A DNA stretch of 64,000 bases from assembly GCA_963695545.1 (NCBI GenBank), contig OY968796.1, forward strand, positions 3,392,001 through 3,456,000, in the 5' to 3' direction. The translations under genes were made by a program, and so were the position numbers. Of this stretch, positions 1-9,192 are shown one piece after another (position 1 is the first letter of the stretch; each line of letters begins with the position of its first letter). This DNA is from Terriglobia bacterium. GTDB taxonomy: Bacteria > Acidobacteriota > Terriglobia > Acidiferrales > UBA7541. The notes beneath the pieces were generated by a model that worked only from the letters and a program-made list of their open reading frames with translations, searched no databases and was not told the DNA's origin.

Positions 1-1382
1 TCGAAGCCGCCATCGAACGAAAGATTTTGCCAGTTCGGCAGCTTGTTGCGCTCGCCCCACCAAAACATGCGGTCGGAATAGGCGATGCCGCCGGCGCATT
101 CGCCGAGCTCGACGAGATTGAAAAGCGGATCGGCGAGCGTGCCGGCGAGCACATCGGAATCGGAAAAATCGACGAACCACGTGGTGGTGACCGTGTCGTT
201 GATTTGCATCCGCGGCGAGCCTTCATCGCCGGTGGTGTAATAAAACGACGCGCCGCCGGACGCGGTGAACATCAAAACGCGCGCCACGATGTTCACGAGA
301 TTCAGCGGCAGCGGAATTCCGGTGACTTGCGCGCGGCAATTTCCTATCGAGGTCCAGGAGATCGGCGGCGAGGGCTGCGTGATGTATCCCTGTCGCGTGA
401 GGAACGCGACGGCCACTTGATGCGCGCCCGCGGCGATCGAGCCGAGCGGATTTGCGGTGCCCGCGTAGCCGGATTCGTTGGCGCCGGCTTGCGCGAAAGT
501 GAATTGCGTGCCGCTGGTGATGGACGCCACGGCGAATGTGCCGTTCAAATCCGATGGCGCGCCGGCGGTGCCGCTGGCGCCGGCTTCGTCGGCGCCGATT
601 TGCACCCAGGTGAAAATCGTGTTCGTGGAATCGACGGTGGCCACGGTGTACGAGCCATTGAAATCGGTGGTGCCGCCGGTGACGCCGGCGATCAGAATTT
701 GCGCGCCGACGGCGATCATCAGCGCCGCGGCGGTGTTCGCCGTGACCACGTCGTCGGAGCGCTGAATCGTGGAAAGCGCGACGGGCGCGGCGACGGTGAC
801 ATTGGAAATTACAATTTGATCGCTGCTATCGAGATTGTGCGGCGTGGCGGTGTTCACGGTGACCACGTTCGAGGTGCGCACGATGCTCGAAATATTCGCG
901 ATCACATCCGCCACGGCCGCGGGCCCCGAGCCGGGACCGACTTGGCTGACGCGATCGAAATACGTGCCGTCATACTGGCGCGGCAGATCGAGGCCGAATT
1001 GGCCATCTCCGAACGCGAGATATTCGCGGCCGAACAATGTGGTGGACGCGGCGCGCGCGCCGGCCACGATGCCCGACGCAATTTCCGTGAGCACGCCGGG
1101 CGCGGAAGAAAATTCTCCCCAGAGCGTGCCGCTTGAATCGAGCGCGAGCAGCGTCTCCGCGAGATTTTGCTGAATGTACGTTTTGAGATAATTCACCGTG
1201 GGATTGCCGGCGATCGGCGTGTACACGGATTGCAGGCCGGGCCGCGTGCGGACGGCGCCGTTCAAGAACGCGACGTCCTGGCAATCCGGCGAGCAGCCGA
1301 ACGGGAGATCGGGCGCAGCCATGTCGGTGACCAGGCCGCCGAAAAGATCGAGAGGAACGTCGGTTGCGCCGGCGATGCTCAT
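1..1382 (-). CDS. Phage-like tail hub/stabilisation protein (P22 gp10-like), 3' end runs off the window
   Basis: Not in ORF track because it has no stop in the window. My translation from ATG 1382 (GAGGA RBS) reads MSIAGATDVPLDLFGGLVTDMAAPDLPFGCSPDCQDVAFLNGAVRTRPG..., open to base 1. An N-terminal FGGL..D...RTRPG pattern and its position after the adaptor fit podoviral tail proteins. Confidence 0.65.
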   Translation of the reverse strand, partial: MSIAGATDVPLDLFGGLVTDMAAPDLPFGCSPDCQDVAFLNGAVRTRPGLQSVYTPIAGNPTVNYLKTYIQQNLAETLLALDSSGTLWGEFSSAPGVLTEIASGIVAGARAASTTLFGREYLAFGDGQFGLDLPRQYDGTYFDRVSQVGPGSGPAAVADVIANISSIVRTSNVVTVNTATPHNLDSSDQIVISNVTVAAPVALSTIQRSDDVVTANTAAALMIAVGAQILIAGVTGGTTDFNGSYTVATVDSTNTIFTWVQIGADEAGASGTAGAPSDLNGTFAVASITSGTQFTFAQAGANESGYAGTANPLGSIAAGAHQVAVAFLTRQGYITQPSPPISWTSIGNCRAQVTGIPLPLNLVNIVARVLMFTASGGASFYYTTGDEGSPRMQINDTVTTTWFVDFSDSDVLAGTLADPLFNLVELGECAGGIAYSDRMFWWGERNKLPNWQNLSFDGGF

Positions 1383-1412
1383 CGTGTTGGGTTCCTCTGC
1401 GCGATGCGCGGA

Positions 1413-1751
1413 TTACAGCAATTTGCGGAACGCGGCCTCGAACTGGATGTTGGCGTCGCCGGAGATGCGCGTGGGATACGTGCCGGCGGCGAGCTCGGTG
1501 GCGGACGCGGTGCTGATTTTCACTTTGCCGTTGTTGAGCGCGGTGCCGGGAATCCACGCGTAGAGATCGGCCGAGGTGCCGCCGGCCCAGAGCTGCGTGG
1601 GCGGGAGGCTCGCGCCGATTTGCGACGCGACGGTGGTGAAATCGAGCGTGTCGCCGCCGGTGGAATAGCTGCCCGACGGCGTGAGCTTGCCGAAAACGTA
1701 GATGTTGCCCGTGCCGGTGTCCACATCGGTGATGGTGATTGCGAGTGCCAT
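1413..1751 (-). CDS. Small virion structural protein (head decoration/cement-like)
   Basis: ATG 1751 with GAGGAG RBS; 112 aa, beta-rich (MALAITITDVDTG...SGSYSTGGDTLDF); located in the structural operon. Confidence 0.55.
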   Translation of the reverse strand: MALAITITDVDTGTGNIYVFGKLTPSGSYSTGGDTLDFTTVASQIGASLPPTQLWAGGTSADLYAWIPGTALNNGKVKISTASATELAAGTYPTRISGDANIQFEAAFRKLL

Positions 1752-1816
1752 GAGATCTCCTCTCGTTTCTCGTTGCGAAGATTGCGATGGTTGCGGCGAT
1801 GTGGTTTTTGAATTAC

Positions 1817-1893
1817 GTAGCGGAGGCCTACAGGCCTCCAGCCTTTGCCGCACAAAATCAAAAGCCAGATGGAGGCCTAAAGGCCTCCGCTAC
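1817..1893. repeat. REP family A inverted pair (GTAGCGGAGGCC-N4-GGCCTCC)
   Basis: GTAG-headed hairpin at 1817-1840 and inverted copy at 1870-1893. Confidence 0.85.
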
Positions 1894-1934
1894 AAAACCA
1901 TTTCGGTTCGCGCGTCCTTCTTCAATCGCGCGCG

Positions 1935-2660
1935 CTAAACAATCGGGCCGTAGGTGGCGCGCCAGGAATAGGGGCGGCGGCGGCGGACCGATTGCTGCTC
2001 GCGCAGGACGGCGCGGGAGACCAAATCTTCGAGCGCGTCGGAGCCGGCGTCGTCCCAGCGCTCGGAAAGCGGTGAACCGCGCGCGGCGGAAGCGAGCGCG
2101 GCGGTGAAATACGCGATGGCTTCTTGCGCGTTGCGAATCAGCACAGGGCTGGTGGAATCCGTGAGATCGGGCAGCGAGGCCTGATAGCGCAGGCGAATCT
2201 GCGTGTCTTGCGTGGCGCCGAGGAACCAGAGGCCGTCGGTGCGCCATTCCCAGAAGCCGAGCGCGGCTCCCTGCTCTTGCGAGGGCAGGCCGCCGTGATC
2301 GGTGAGGTCGATCATCTCGGCGAAATCGTCAGTGGAAAGATTCGGGCGCTCCCACAATTTTTACGGCACGAGCAAATTGAACGGCAATTGATTCGGCGGC
2401 GCGGTGGCGTCGGTGATGGAAACCTGCAACGAGGGATCCACGGCGCTGACGGCCGGGACGACGAGCAGCACATCGTCGGTGATGAAGGAGGCCGAGCCGA
2501 TGTTCGCGAGCGCGCGCTGCACTTTGCGATATGCGGCGTTGGCGTAGGGCATCAGCACCGTGTCGGTGAAAAGATTGCCCGCGGCGTCGTTCAAGAGCGA
2601 ACGCACGAGGCTGGTGATGGTTCCCGCGGTGTTGTAAGCGCTGGTGGCGACGACCGGCAT
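1935..2660 (-). pseudogene. Head-tail adaptor-like protein interrupted by an in-frame TAA
   Basis: ORFs 2361-2660 and 1935-2357 share one frame: ...PFNLLVP*KLWERP... N-terminus (TITSLVRSLLNDAAGNLFTDTVLMPYANAAY) resembles phage adaptor/tail tubular proteins. Confidence 0.7.
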
Positions 2661-2746
2661 GATGTGCTCCTTCTATGCGCGCGTGGCGGAATCGATGGGT
2701 GTGCGGCGGAAATTCAAATGCCGAGCGAACGATCGAATTTGAATTT

Positions 2747-2818
2747 GTAGCGCCGGCCTTCAGGCCGGCATCGCGCTTACGGTGGAATTGAAAATGCCGG
2801 CCTAAAGGCCGGCGCTAC
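2747..2818. repeat. REP family A variant pair (GTAGCGCCGGCC-N4-GGCCGGC)
   Basis: Inverted pair whose stems show compensatory changes relative to the other copies. Confidence 0.8.
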
Positions 2819-2845
2819 ATAAAACAAAACCGCGTGTGCGCGCGA

Positions 2846-3025
2846 TCATTCCCCGCGCAATTTTCGGCCGATGTAGACGGCGGCGGCGCCGCCGACGAGG
2901 CATGCGGCGATGGCGTAGTGATGGATGCTCAGAACTCCTCCGGCGATGAAGGCGGCGAAGCCGGCGATTTCGACGATCTCGCCGATTTTTGCTAGTTCCG
3001 TGGTTGCGGGCGTGATTGCGGTCAT
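2846..3025 (-). CDS. Small two-TM membrane protein (59 aa)
   Basis: ATG 3025 after CAGGAG; two hydrophobic stretches and a basic tail. Confidence 0.55.
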   Translation of the reverse strand: MTAITPATTELAKIGEIVEIAGFAAFIAGGVLSIHHYAIAACLVGGAAAVYIGRKLRGE

Positions 3026-3089
3026 GTTGTTCTCCTGTGATGCGGATTCCGAAATAAAATGTGTCGTGGCGCGCGGCGCTCGGCGCGCG

Positions 3090-3368
3090 TTACACCTGCT
3101 GTTCGCGGTCGGGGCCGGGCATGTCCCAGATGACGGGCTCATCTTCTTCGGCGGCGGGCGTGGCGGGTTCAACGCGCGCTTTGCCGAAACCGAATTCGAT
3201 CAGTTTTTCCCACACGCGGGCTTTCACGCTCGAACCTTTCTTGCCGTCGCTCGAGAGCAATTCGCACGCCATGTCCACCGGGTTGTGGCGCTTGAAGACC
3301 GCGCGGGCGAGCTCGCGTTGTGTCCGCGGCGGGCGAGCGCGCGTGCGAGATTTTGTTTGCTTGGGCAT
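3090..3368 (-). CDS. Small basic helical protein, possibly terminase small subunit-like
   Basis: 92 aa with basic N-terminus, helical core and C-terminal PVIWDMPGPDRE strand; function is inference only. Confidence 0.4.
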   Translation of the reverse strand: MPKQTKSRTRARPPRTQRELARAVFKRHNPVDMACELLSSDGKKGSSVKARVWEKLIEFGFGKARVEPATPAAEEDEPVIWDMPGPDREQQV

Positions 3369-3457
3369 GTGCGTTGCGAGATCAAAGGCGTGACGCCCCT
3401 GCCGGGGCTTGCGCGAGAGACAAAACAACAATTGAGAAAAATATATTAATCGCGATC

Positions 3458-3507
3458 GTACCCAGGGCTTACGCCCTGGGCTAAAATGTGCCGCCCCTAC
3501 GGGGCTG
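3458..3507. repeat. REP family B (ACCCAGGGCTTACGCCCTGGGCT...CGCCCCTACGGGGCT)
   Basis: Double hairpin; related copies at ~9258-9308, 14257-14304, 17353-17457 and 34090-34137. Confidence 0.8.
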
Positions 3508-3573
3508 ATTTTTGAGTGCGCCGCGATTCCGGCCTGGAGCTGGCGACGCCGAGATCGCCGCGCAACAGCAAGG

Positions 3574-3597
3574 TGGAGGCCTGAAGGCCTCCGCTAC
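3574..3597 (-). repeat. REP family A single copy
   Basis: TGGAGGCCTGAAGGCCTCCGCTAC. Confidence 0.85.
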
Positions 3598-3634
3598 ATA
3601 AATCCGAAGCGATCGTGCATTGGTAGGGGCGCGG

Positions 3635-4387
3635 CTATCGATGCGGGCGCGCGGGGGCGGCGGGCGTTGCGGACGGCGCGACCGATGCTGCGGCCGCGGC
3701 CGGAGACGCCATCGGCGCGGCGGATCCGGCGGGCGAATCGCGCAGCAGGCCGAGCGATTGGGCTTTTTCGCGATCGAGGATTGCGCCGCAGGATTTGCAG
3801 ACGGCTACGCCGGGTTTCACGCGTTCGCCGCAGCCGGGACAATCGGAAGTTTCGTGGAGCTGATAATTCCATTCGCGCTCGAGGCCGAGTTCGCGCGCGG
3901 CGCGGCGCTGCAAATCGTCGAGGAAGAGATGCGAATGCGAGCGCGCCCATTCGCGATCGGCTTCGGCGACTTTGCGGCGATAGAACGCGTTCAAGCGGCG
4001 GCGCGCGTCGGCGATTTCTTCGGGCGTGGGCGCATCGCCGGCGCAGACGAACGCGCCGAGAAAAGAATCCTCGCCGGCGTCGCCATTGATTTCGCGGCAG
4101 AGATCGGCGGCGATGTCGCGCGCGGAAATGTTTACGTCGAGCGTGCGCTTATCGCCGAGATCGATCACGGCTTTGCGCGGCGTGACGCGCGTCAGCGAAC
4201 ACGGCGGCCACGCGGCGCTCGCATGGTTCGCGGCGTCGTGCGCAGTGTCGCCCGAAGTGGAGGCCTGAAGGCCTCCGCTACGAAGTTCAACGCCCTCGGA
4301 CGGCGGAATGAAAAACGCGCCGTAGTTGCGGTGCAAATTCCAGCTCTGCGCGGTGAGATTTGCGATCACGGCTGTTTCTTCGGACAT
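3635..4387 (-). CDS. Phage-associated protein with C-terminal zinc ribbon (CPGC...CKSC)
   Basis: ATG 4387 after AAGGAG; two CxxC motifs; contains an in-frame REP at 4258-4281. Confidence 0.7.
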   Translation of the reverse strand: MSEETAVIANLTAQSWNLHRNYGAFFIPPSEGVELRSGGLQASTSGDTAHDAANHASAAWPPCSLTRVTPRKAVIDLGDKRTLDVNISARDIAADLCREINGDAGEDSFLGAFVCAGDAPTPEEIADARRRLNAFYRRKVAEADREWARSHSHLFLDDLQRRAARELGLEREWNYQLHETSDCPGCGERVKPGVAVCKSCGAILDREKAQSLGLLRDSPAGSAAPMASPAAAAASVAPSATPAAPARPHR

Positions 4388-4480
4388 GCGGCGATTCTCC
4401 TTGATTCTGACAGTGCCATCTTGAACCATTGGTTAACGCGGATATTGTCGAGCGTCGCGCCCGGTGCTACATTTGCGGCA

Positions 4481-5059
4481 ATGCGATACGCCGCCGTTTC
4501 GGTCCTGATTCTTTGCGCGCTAGGCGCGCAAGCCGTGCCGCAGGCTTCATCGCCCGTTCAGCCCGCGAAGGCGCAGCGAAAAATCCCATGCAAGACGCCG
4601 GAGAACGCTTCCGAGTGCTACTGGACGCGCGGCAGACTCTCGTTCTACGCTGACAACAGTCCTTGCGAAATCTGGAAGATCGGCACACATCGGATGCTCG
4701 CGGTTTATAACGGGCCTTCGCATTTTCCGCCGCGGACGGACGCTGACAGGACTGACCCGGAGTTTCCAGCGAGTCTCGATAAGGTCTATGACGATTACGA
4801 GCGGCGCAACGGGGTTCAGGATTTTCCGCCGTCCGCGTTTGCAGATTTCGAGGTATGCCCTCTCGATCCGGAGCGGAAGGGTGAGATGCAGGCCGTGTGT
4901 ATCGAATCCGCAAAGAACATTTTCTTGAATACCGCCCACTGGCGCGCTCGATGCCGACTCACTGCTTCTTGTCGGGAAAGTATGTATTCACCCAGGCTGT
5001 CCGGGATGACACGCTCCTGGTCGGAAATGAATTTTGATAGGGGCCGGACTGCGTGCTGA
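4481..5059 (+). CDS. Secreted Cys-containing hypothetical protein (accessory insert)
   Basis: MRYAAVSVLILCALGAQA signal peptide; opposite strand to the operon; 3' end uncertain. Confidence 0.55.
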   Translation: MRYAAVSVLILCALGAQAVPQASSPVQPAKAQRKIPCKTPENASECYWTRGRLSFYADNSPCEIWKIGTHRMLAVYNGPSHFPPRTDADRTDPEFPASLDKVYDDYERRNGVQDFPPSAFADFEVCPLDPERKGEMQAVCIESAKNIFLNTAHWRARCRLTASCRESMYSPRLSGMTRSWSEMNFDRGRTAC

Positions 5060-5299
5060 TCTGGGCGCCTGAGGCTTGGCGACGCCGAGCGCCCGGCCCC
5101 CGAAGGACTCCGACGAGTTTTGCCCATCGTTCGGCATGAATCATCGCTCCCGAAGAAGCGGACGAGAAACGAACGTGAAACGGAAGCGTTCAGGCCTCCA
5201 CCGATTTCGCGTAACGGCAAGTGGGATGCCGATAACCTCCGCAATACGGGGCGATGGTGATAATCTGGCACGGGGTACCATCCGTCCGAGTGGAGCAGC

Positions 5300-5614
5300 T
5301 TGGTGCGCAAGGCTCTGCACGAACTGCGCAAGTATTTGTTGCCGGCAGGTTTCGCCCTCTCGCTGGCGTCAATCCCGCTTCTTATTTATTGGTTCTACCA
5401 GCACGCGTCCACCTCGCAAGGCGTTCCCATGTTCGATGTCCAAATGCCGGACTTAACGACGGCGCTGGGCTTCGGGCTTTCCATAGTTGGACTGGTGATT
5501 ACGATTGCGGCCACAGTGTTTTCCCGGCGTCACCGCTCGATGCACGCGATCGCGCTTCTTTGCTCGGGACTGTGCTTTTTAGTTTGGTTTCTTGTGGCGA
5601 TTCTCAACAGCTGA
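5300..5614 (+). CDS. Small three-TM membrane protein (accessory)
   Basis: Three hydrophobic segments; lower GC than flanks. Confidence 0.45.
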   Translation: MVRKALHELRKYLLPAGFALSLASIPLLIYWFYQHASTSQGVPMFDVQMPDLTTALGFGLSIVGLVITIAATVFSRRHRSMHAIALLCSGLCFLVWFLVAILNS

Positions 5615-6200
5615 CGCTCACAAACGGCGCGCCGTGGAATGCGCGGCCGGTGTCCGAGAGCAGGGCGTCGGCGAAGGAATCGTAATCGCGATCTTCGCGG
5701 GCGTCGCGGCGATCGAGCGCGGCGCGGCGCTCGCCGGCGCGCAAGCCGCGGCTCCATTCGATGGCGCGGGCGACGTGCGCGAGCGCCGCGGGCGTTAGCG
5801 GAATGAAATCTCCGCGCGGAGATTCGAGCGTCAGGCAATGCTCGTATTCGCCGCGCGAAGGATAGGGGCCGAGCGCGGGAATCGCGCGCGCGCCTTCGAT
5901 TTCGATCGTGTTGCGCTGCCAATCGCGCGGAGAGCCGTAAAATTCCGGCGGCGCCCAGCGCTCGATGTGCCAGCGATCGACGGCGGGATATTTCGGTTCG
6001 CGGCGCAGCTCGACGCATTCGCGAATCAGCGTGCCGGCGGCGTCGCGGTCCTCGAATCTGCCGCCGACCCACGCGAGGCGATTCCATCCCCACACCGCGC
6101 GGTAATTTGGTTCTCCGAAACGATTGATGCCGCCGGCGGCGCGCAACACGCGCGCGGCCCACGGCGGCGTTTCGTGCGTTTCGCGCGTGACGCGGATCAT
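5604..6200 (-). CDS. Phage-cluster hypothetical protein downstream of the capsid gene
   Basis: MIRVTRETHETPPW...GPYPSRGEYEH; host-like codon usage; lies in the operon. Confidence 0.7.
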   Translation of the reverse strand: MIRVTRETHETPPWAARVLRAAGGINRFGEPNYRAVWGWNRLAWVGGRFEDRDAAGTLIRECVELRREPKYPAVDRWHIERWAPPEFYGSPRDWQRNTIEIEGARAIPALGPYPSRGEYEHCLTLESPRGDFIPLTPAALAHVARAIEWSRGLRAGERRAALDRRDAREDRDYDSFADALLSDTGRAFHGAPFVSVSC

Positions 6201-6234
6201 GGGGTGGTGTTTTGGTTTGTCGTGTTTGAATAAT

Positions 6235-6305
6235 GTAGCGGAGGCCTTTAGACCTCCAGGGTTTTTCGCGCAAAAGAAAGATGGAGGCCTAAAGGCCTCC
6301 GCTGC
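6235..6305. repeat. REP family A inverted pair
   Basis: 6235-6258 and 6282-6305, each with one mismatch to consensus. Confidence 0.8.
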
Positions 6306-6345
6306 ATAGATCGGGCGCGATCGGGCGTTGCGACGATCGCCGTGC

Positions 6346-6383
6346 AGGAACCCCACACGCAAATGCGGCGTGTGGGGCACCCG
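6346..6383 (-). repeat. REP-like hairpin family D (GGTGCCCCAC...GTGGGGTT), possible capsid-gene terminator
   Basis: CCCCACACGC-N-GCGTGTGGGG hairpin; a related element sits at ~7790-7833 on the other side of the capsid gene. Confidence 0.5.
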
Positions 6384-6413
6384 GGAAAAATCCACCAGAA
6401 AACCAACGGCGCG

Positions 6414-7685
6414 CTAGTAGCCGCTGGGGCGGGCCAGCGTGTCGATGTAGGCGCCGCTGCGCGGAGAATCGGCGAAGAGCTGGAAGCCGGTGTCGAAGTA
6501 GAAGATGAACGCGGCGGAAACGCCGCCGGACGCGCCGTAAATCGGGAACACGGTTTGTCCGCCGACCTCGAAGAAGTCGATGTCCTTCATGACGGCGCGG
6601 CCCCAGTGCGAAAGATCGAGAAAATCGATGCGCGTCTGGTTGGCGTTGATCGAGCTCTTGATCGGCACGCCGGACATGGTCTTGCGTCCGGTGAAAAGCA
6701 GATCGAGATCGCTGGCGCGGCCGCCGCTTCCGCCTTCCTTGATCACCTGGCTGATGGTGATGCCGAGATTCTCCCAGGCATGTTCCTGTTCGACGGAAGT
6801 GTAGGCGATGAGCTTGCCGAGCTGCGCGATGCCCAACGCTTTGCGCACTTTGTTGATCGCCAGACGAACATAGCCGGGCACGAGCGCGGAATTGCCGGCG
6901 TTCACGCGTGGCGTGGCGAGTTGCTGCGGATACGTGGCGCGATTCAGATTCAGCCACGTGCCGGTGGTCGCGTTGTTCTGATGATACGGCACGCCGTAGA
7001 GCGAAACCGGCTGCGCGCCGGAAAGGCCGTCGTGCACGATCACGTCGTTCGCGGTGGTGCCGGTGGGCACGTTGTCGACCACGATGGTTTGCGTGGTGAT
7101 CGGATCGGCTTCGAGCACGGTGGTGGTGACGTTCGCGGCGATGTTGCGATTCGTGGTCAGCGTGGGATCGTAGATCTGAATCACCTGGCCGACGTACACG
7201 AGCGCCGCGCCGGGCGGCACGTTCATGGTGAACGTGGAGCCGGAGAGCGAACCGATCGTGCCGAGCACACCGTTGCCGGCGGTCTGAATCACTTTGTCGA
7301 GGAACGCGCGGAATTGTTTCATTCCGTTGGCGACCTCGCGCTTCACCGCGTTCTCGATGGCTTTTTCCTTGTTGTTCGTGGCGTACTCGACCAGCTTCGA
7401 GATTTCCACCGCGAACCGGAAAAATACCGGCGAGATTTGCGCCACGTCGTAGGTGGTGCCCGAACCGCGGCCCAGATCGCCGCCGTCCGGATTGTAAGCG
7501 CCCGCCGCGCCGCCGGGATTCACTTGCAACGGAATCCGCATGTTGCGCGAGCTGACGCGTTCGACGTCACCGCGCGCCTGGATCATGGTGAGTAGGACGT
7601 CGTCGCGCTCGTAAAGCAGCGGCACTTTGTCCCGCACCTTTTCCAGTTGGATTGCTATGGTCTGCGCATTCTGCATTTGAGCCAT
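6414..7685 (-). CDS. Major capsid protein (HK97-fold, P22-like, inferred)
   Basis: 423 aa, strong GAGGTG RBS, position downstream of the portal, typical coat-protein ending (FADSPRSGAYIDTLARPSGY). Confidence 0.8.
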   Translation of the reverse strand: MAQMQNAQTIAIQLEKVRDKVPLLYERDDVLLTMIQARGDVERVSSRNMRIPLQVNPGGAAGAYNPDGGDLGRGSGTTYDVAQISPVFFRFAVEISKLVEYATNNKEKAIENAVKREVANGMKQFRAFLDKVIQTAGNGVLGTIGSLSGSTFTMNVPPGAALVYVGQVIQIYDPTLTTNRNIAANVTTTVLEADPITTQTIVVDNVPTGTTANDVIVHDGLSGAQPVSLYGVPYHQNNATTGTWLNLNRATYPQQLATPRVNAGNSALVPGYVRLAINKVRKALGIAQLGKLIAYTSVEQEHAWENLGITISQVIKEGGSGGRASDLDLLFTGRKTMSGVPIKSSINANQTRIDFLDLSHWGRAVMKDIDFFEVGGQTVFPIYGASGGVSAAFIFYFDTGFQLFADSPRSGAYIDTLARPSGY

Positions 7686-7859
7686 GATTCACCTCGCCTC
7701 GTTTTTATTTTTGGATTGAAAGATACGCAGCCCCCGAGGCCGCGGTGGAAATGGAAAGTCGTGATTAGCTAAGTCGAACGGAAAATTAAAAACCCCGCCC
7801 GTGTCCGCCGCGGCGGGCACGAATGGGGCGCCGAGAAATCAAGAGCTACGAACGCGGTG

Positions 7860-8007
7860 CTATTTCGAGGAAGGCGGGGACTTCCAATTGGGATCCCATT
7901 CGGGATGAGGATTCGTAATGGAATCGCACAGCGCTGCAGGGCGATGGACGCTGCTGACGGCGACGATCTCGACCGGAGCCGCTCTCAGCTTGGCCAGCCT
8001 ATTTAGG
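7860..8007 (-). pseudogene. 3' remnant of a gene truncated by the IS3 element
   Basis: Open frame from the IS boundary (LNRLAKLRAAPVEIVAVSS...WKSPPSSK*) with no start codon. Confidence 0.4.
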
Positions 8008-8047
8008 TGACCAGCCCGAGTTTTTGTACCACGGTGAATGAGAGAGT

Positions 8048-8890
8048 CTACATCACAGCCGTCGACGGCGAACCGAGAATTGGCGGCACCAAGGGGCTAC
8101 AGGCCACCGGCGCCGGTGGCCTGTAGCCCAGCGCTGAGTGCGGACGCAGCGTGTTGTACACCATCCGCCATTTCTCGATCACGATCTGCGCTTCCTTCAG
8201 CGAGTAAAAAATCTCTCCGTTCAAACATTCATCGCGCAATTTCCCGTTGAAGCTTTCGCAGTAGCCATTCTCCCAAGGGCTTCCCGGTTCGATGTACAGC
8301 GTCCCCGTTCCCACCTTCGCCAGCCAACTCCTCAGCTCCTTGGCCACGAACTCCGGGCCGTTGTCCGAGCGAATATGTTCCGGAATTCCCCGGTAAAGCA
8401 TCACGTCCGCCAGCGCTTCGATCACTTCGTATCTCCCCAGCCTTCTCGCCACGCGGATCGCCAGGCACTCCCGCGTGTATTCGTCGATCAGCGTCAGCAT
8501 TCGCAGTGTTCGGCCGTCGTGGGTCATCGCGCTCACGAAATCGTAGCTCCACACATGGTTGGCTCGTTCCGGCCGGAGACGAACACACGATCCGTCGTTC
8601 AACCACAGCCTTCCTCGCGGCCTTTGTCCCTGCGGCACTTTCAGCCCTTCGCGCCGCCAGATCCGCTGCACCCGATCCTTGCCCACATACCAGCCCCGTG
8701 CTTGCAACAGCGCCGTGATCCTCCGATAGCCGAAGCGCCCGTACTCGCTGGCCAGCGCCACGATGTCTCGCGTCAGCGCGTCTTCATCCGTTCGGTGGAT
8801 CACCTCGTAGCGTTGTGTCCCTCTCCACTGCCCCAGCAACCGGCAGGCATGCCGCTCTGATACTTGGTAGCTCTCGCGTGCATGCTCCAC
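8048..8890 (-). CDS. IS3 transposase OrfB (rve/DDE)
   Basis: WSYDF, SDNGPEF, PWENGYCESFNGKLRDE motifs; probably fused to OrfA by a -1 frameshift at GGGAAAC (8920-8926). Confidence 0.93.
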   Translation of the reverse strand: MEHARESYQVSERHACRLLGQWRGTQRYEVIHRTDEDALTRDIVALASEYGRFGYRRITALLQARGWYVGKDRVQRIWRREGLKVPQGQRPRGRLWLNDGSCVRLRPERANHVWSYDFVSAMTHDGRTLRMLTLIDEYTRECLAIRVARRLGRYEVIEALADVMLYRGIPEHIRSDNGPEFVAKELRSWLAKVGTGTLYIEPGSPWENGYCESFNGKLRDECLNGEIFYSLKEAQIVIEKWRMVYNTLRPHSALGYRPPAPVACSPLVPPILGSPSTAVM

Positions 8891-8913
8891 CGCGCTACGT
8901 CGCCGCTCAGGGC

Positions 8914-9192
8914 TTAGAAGTTTCCCTCTGCCACATCCTTCAGAATTTGCTTCTCCAACGAAAGCTCCGCCACCAACCGTTTCAGCTTGGCGTTTTCCCG
9001 CTCCAACTCTTTGAGGCGTTTCGCTTGATCCAACTTCAGGCCGCCGTATTCCTTCCGCCAGCGGTAGTAGGTCTGCGCGGTGATCTCGGCTTCCTTGCAG
9101 GCTTGTGGGGTGCTCTTTCCGTTGGCGATTTCAACTTCAACTTGCCGCAGCAGCGTGACGATCTGCTCCGGCTTGTATCTCCTCATCGGCAT
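8914..9192 (-). CDS. IS3 transposase OrfA (HTH)
   Basis: TYYRWRKEYGG...LKELERENAKLKRLVAELSL. Confidence 0.92.
   Translation of the reverse strand: MPMRRYKPEQIVTLLRQVEVEIANGKSTPQACKEAEITAQTYYRWRKEYGGLKLDQAKRLKELERENAKLKRLVAELSLEKQILKDVAEGNF

Noticed and set aside
27..1136. 369-aa plus-strand ORF and similar long antisense ORFs (6342-7595, 21765-23030, 29371-31422, 52291-53874, 61902-63194)
   Set aside because: Shadow ORFs of real opposite-strand genes in high-GC DNA; Arg/Gly-rich with no motifs
2361..2363. Stop-codon recoding or alternative genetic code in the phage cluster
   Set aside because: TAA terminates neighbouring genes normally, it is a single instance, and other lesions indicate decay
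3620..4480. 5' extension of the 479-aa plus-strand ORF
   Set aside because: Antisense to the zinc-ribbon gene; the real gene probably starts at the signal peptide at 4481
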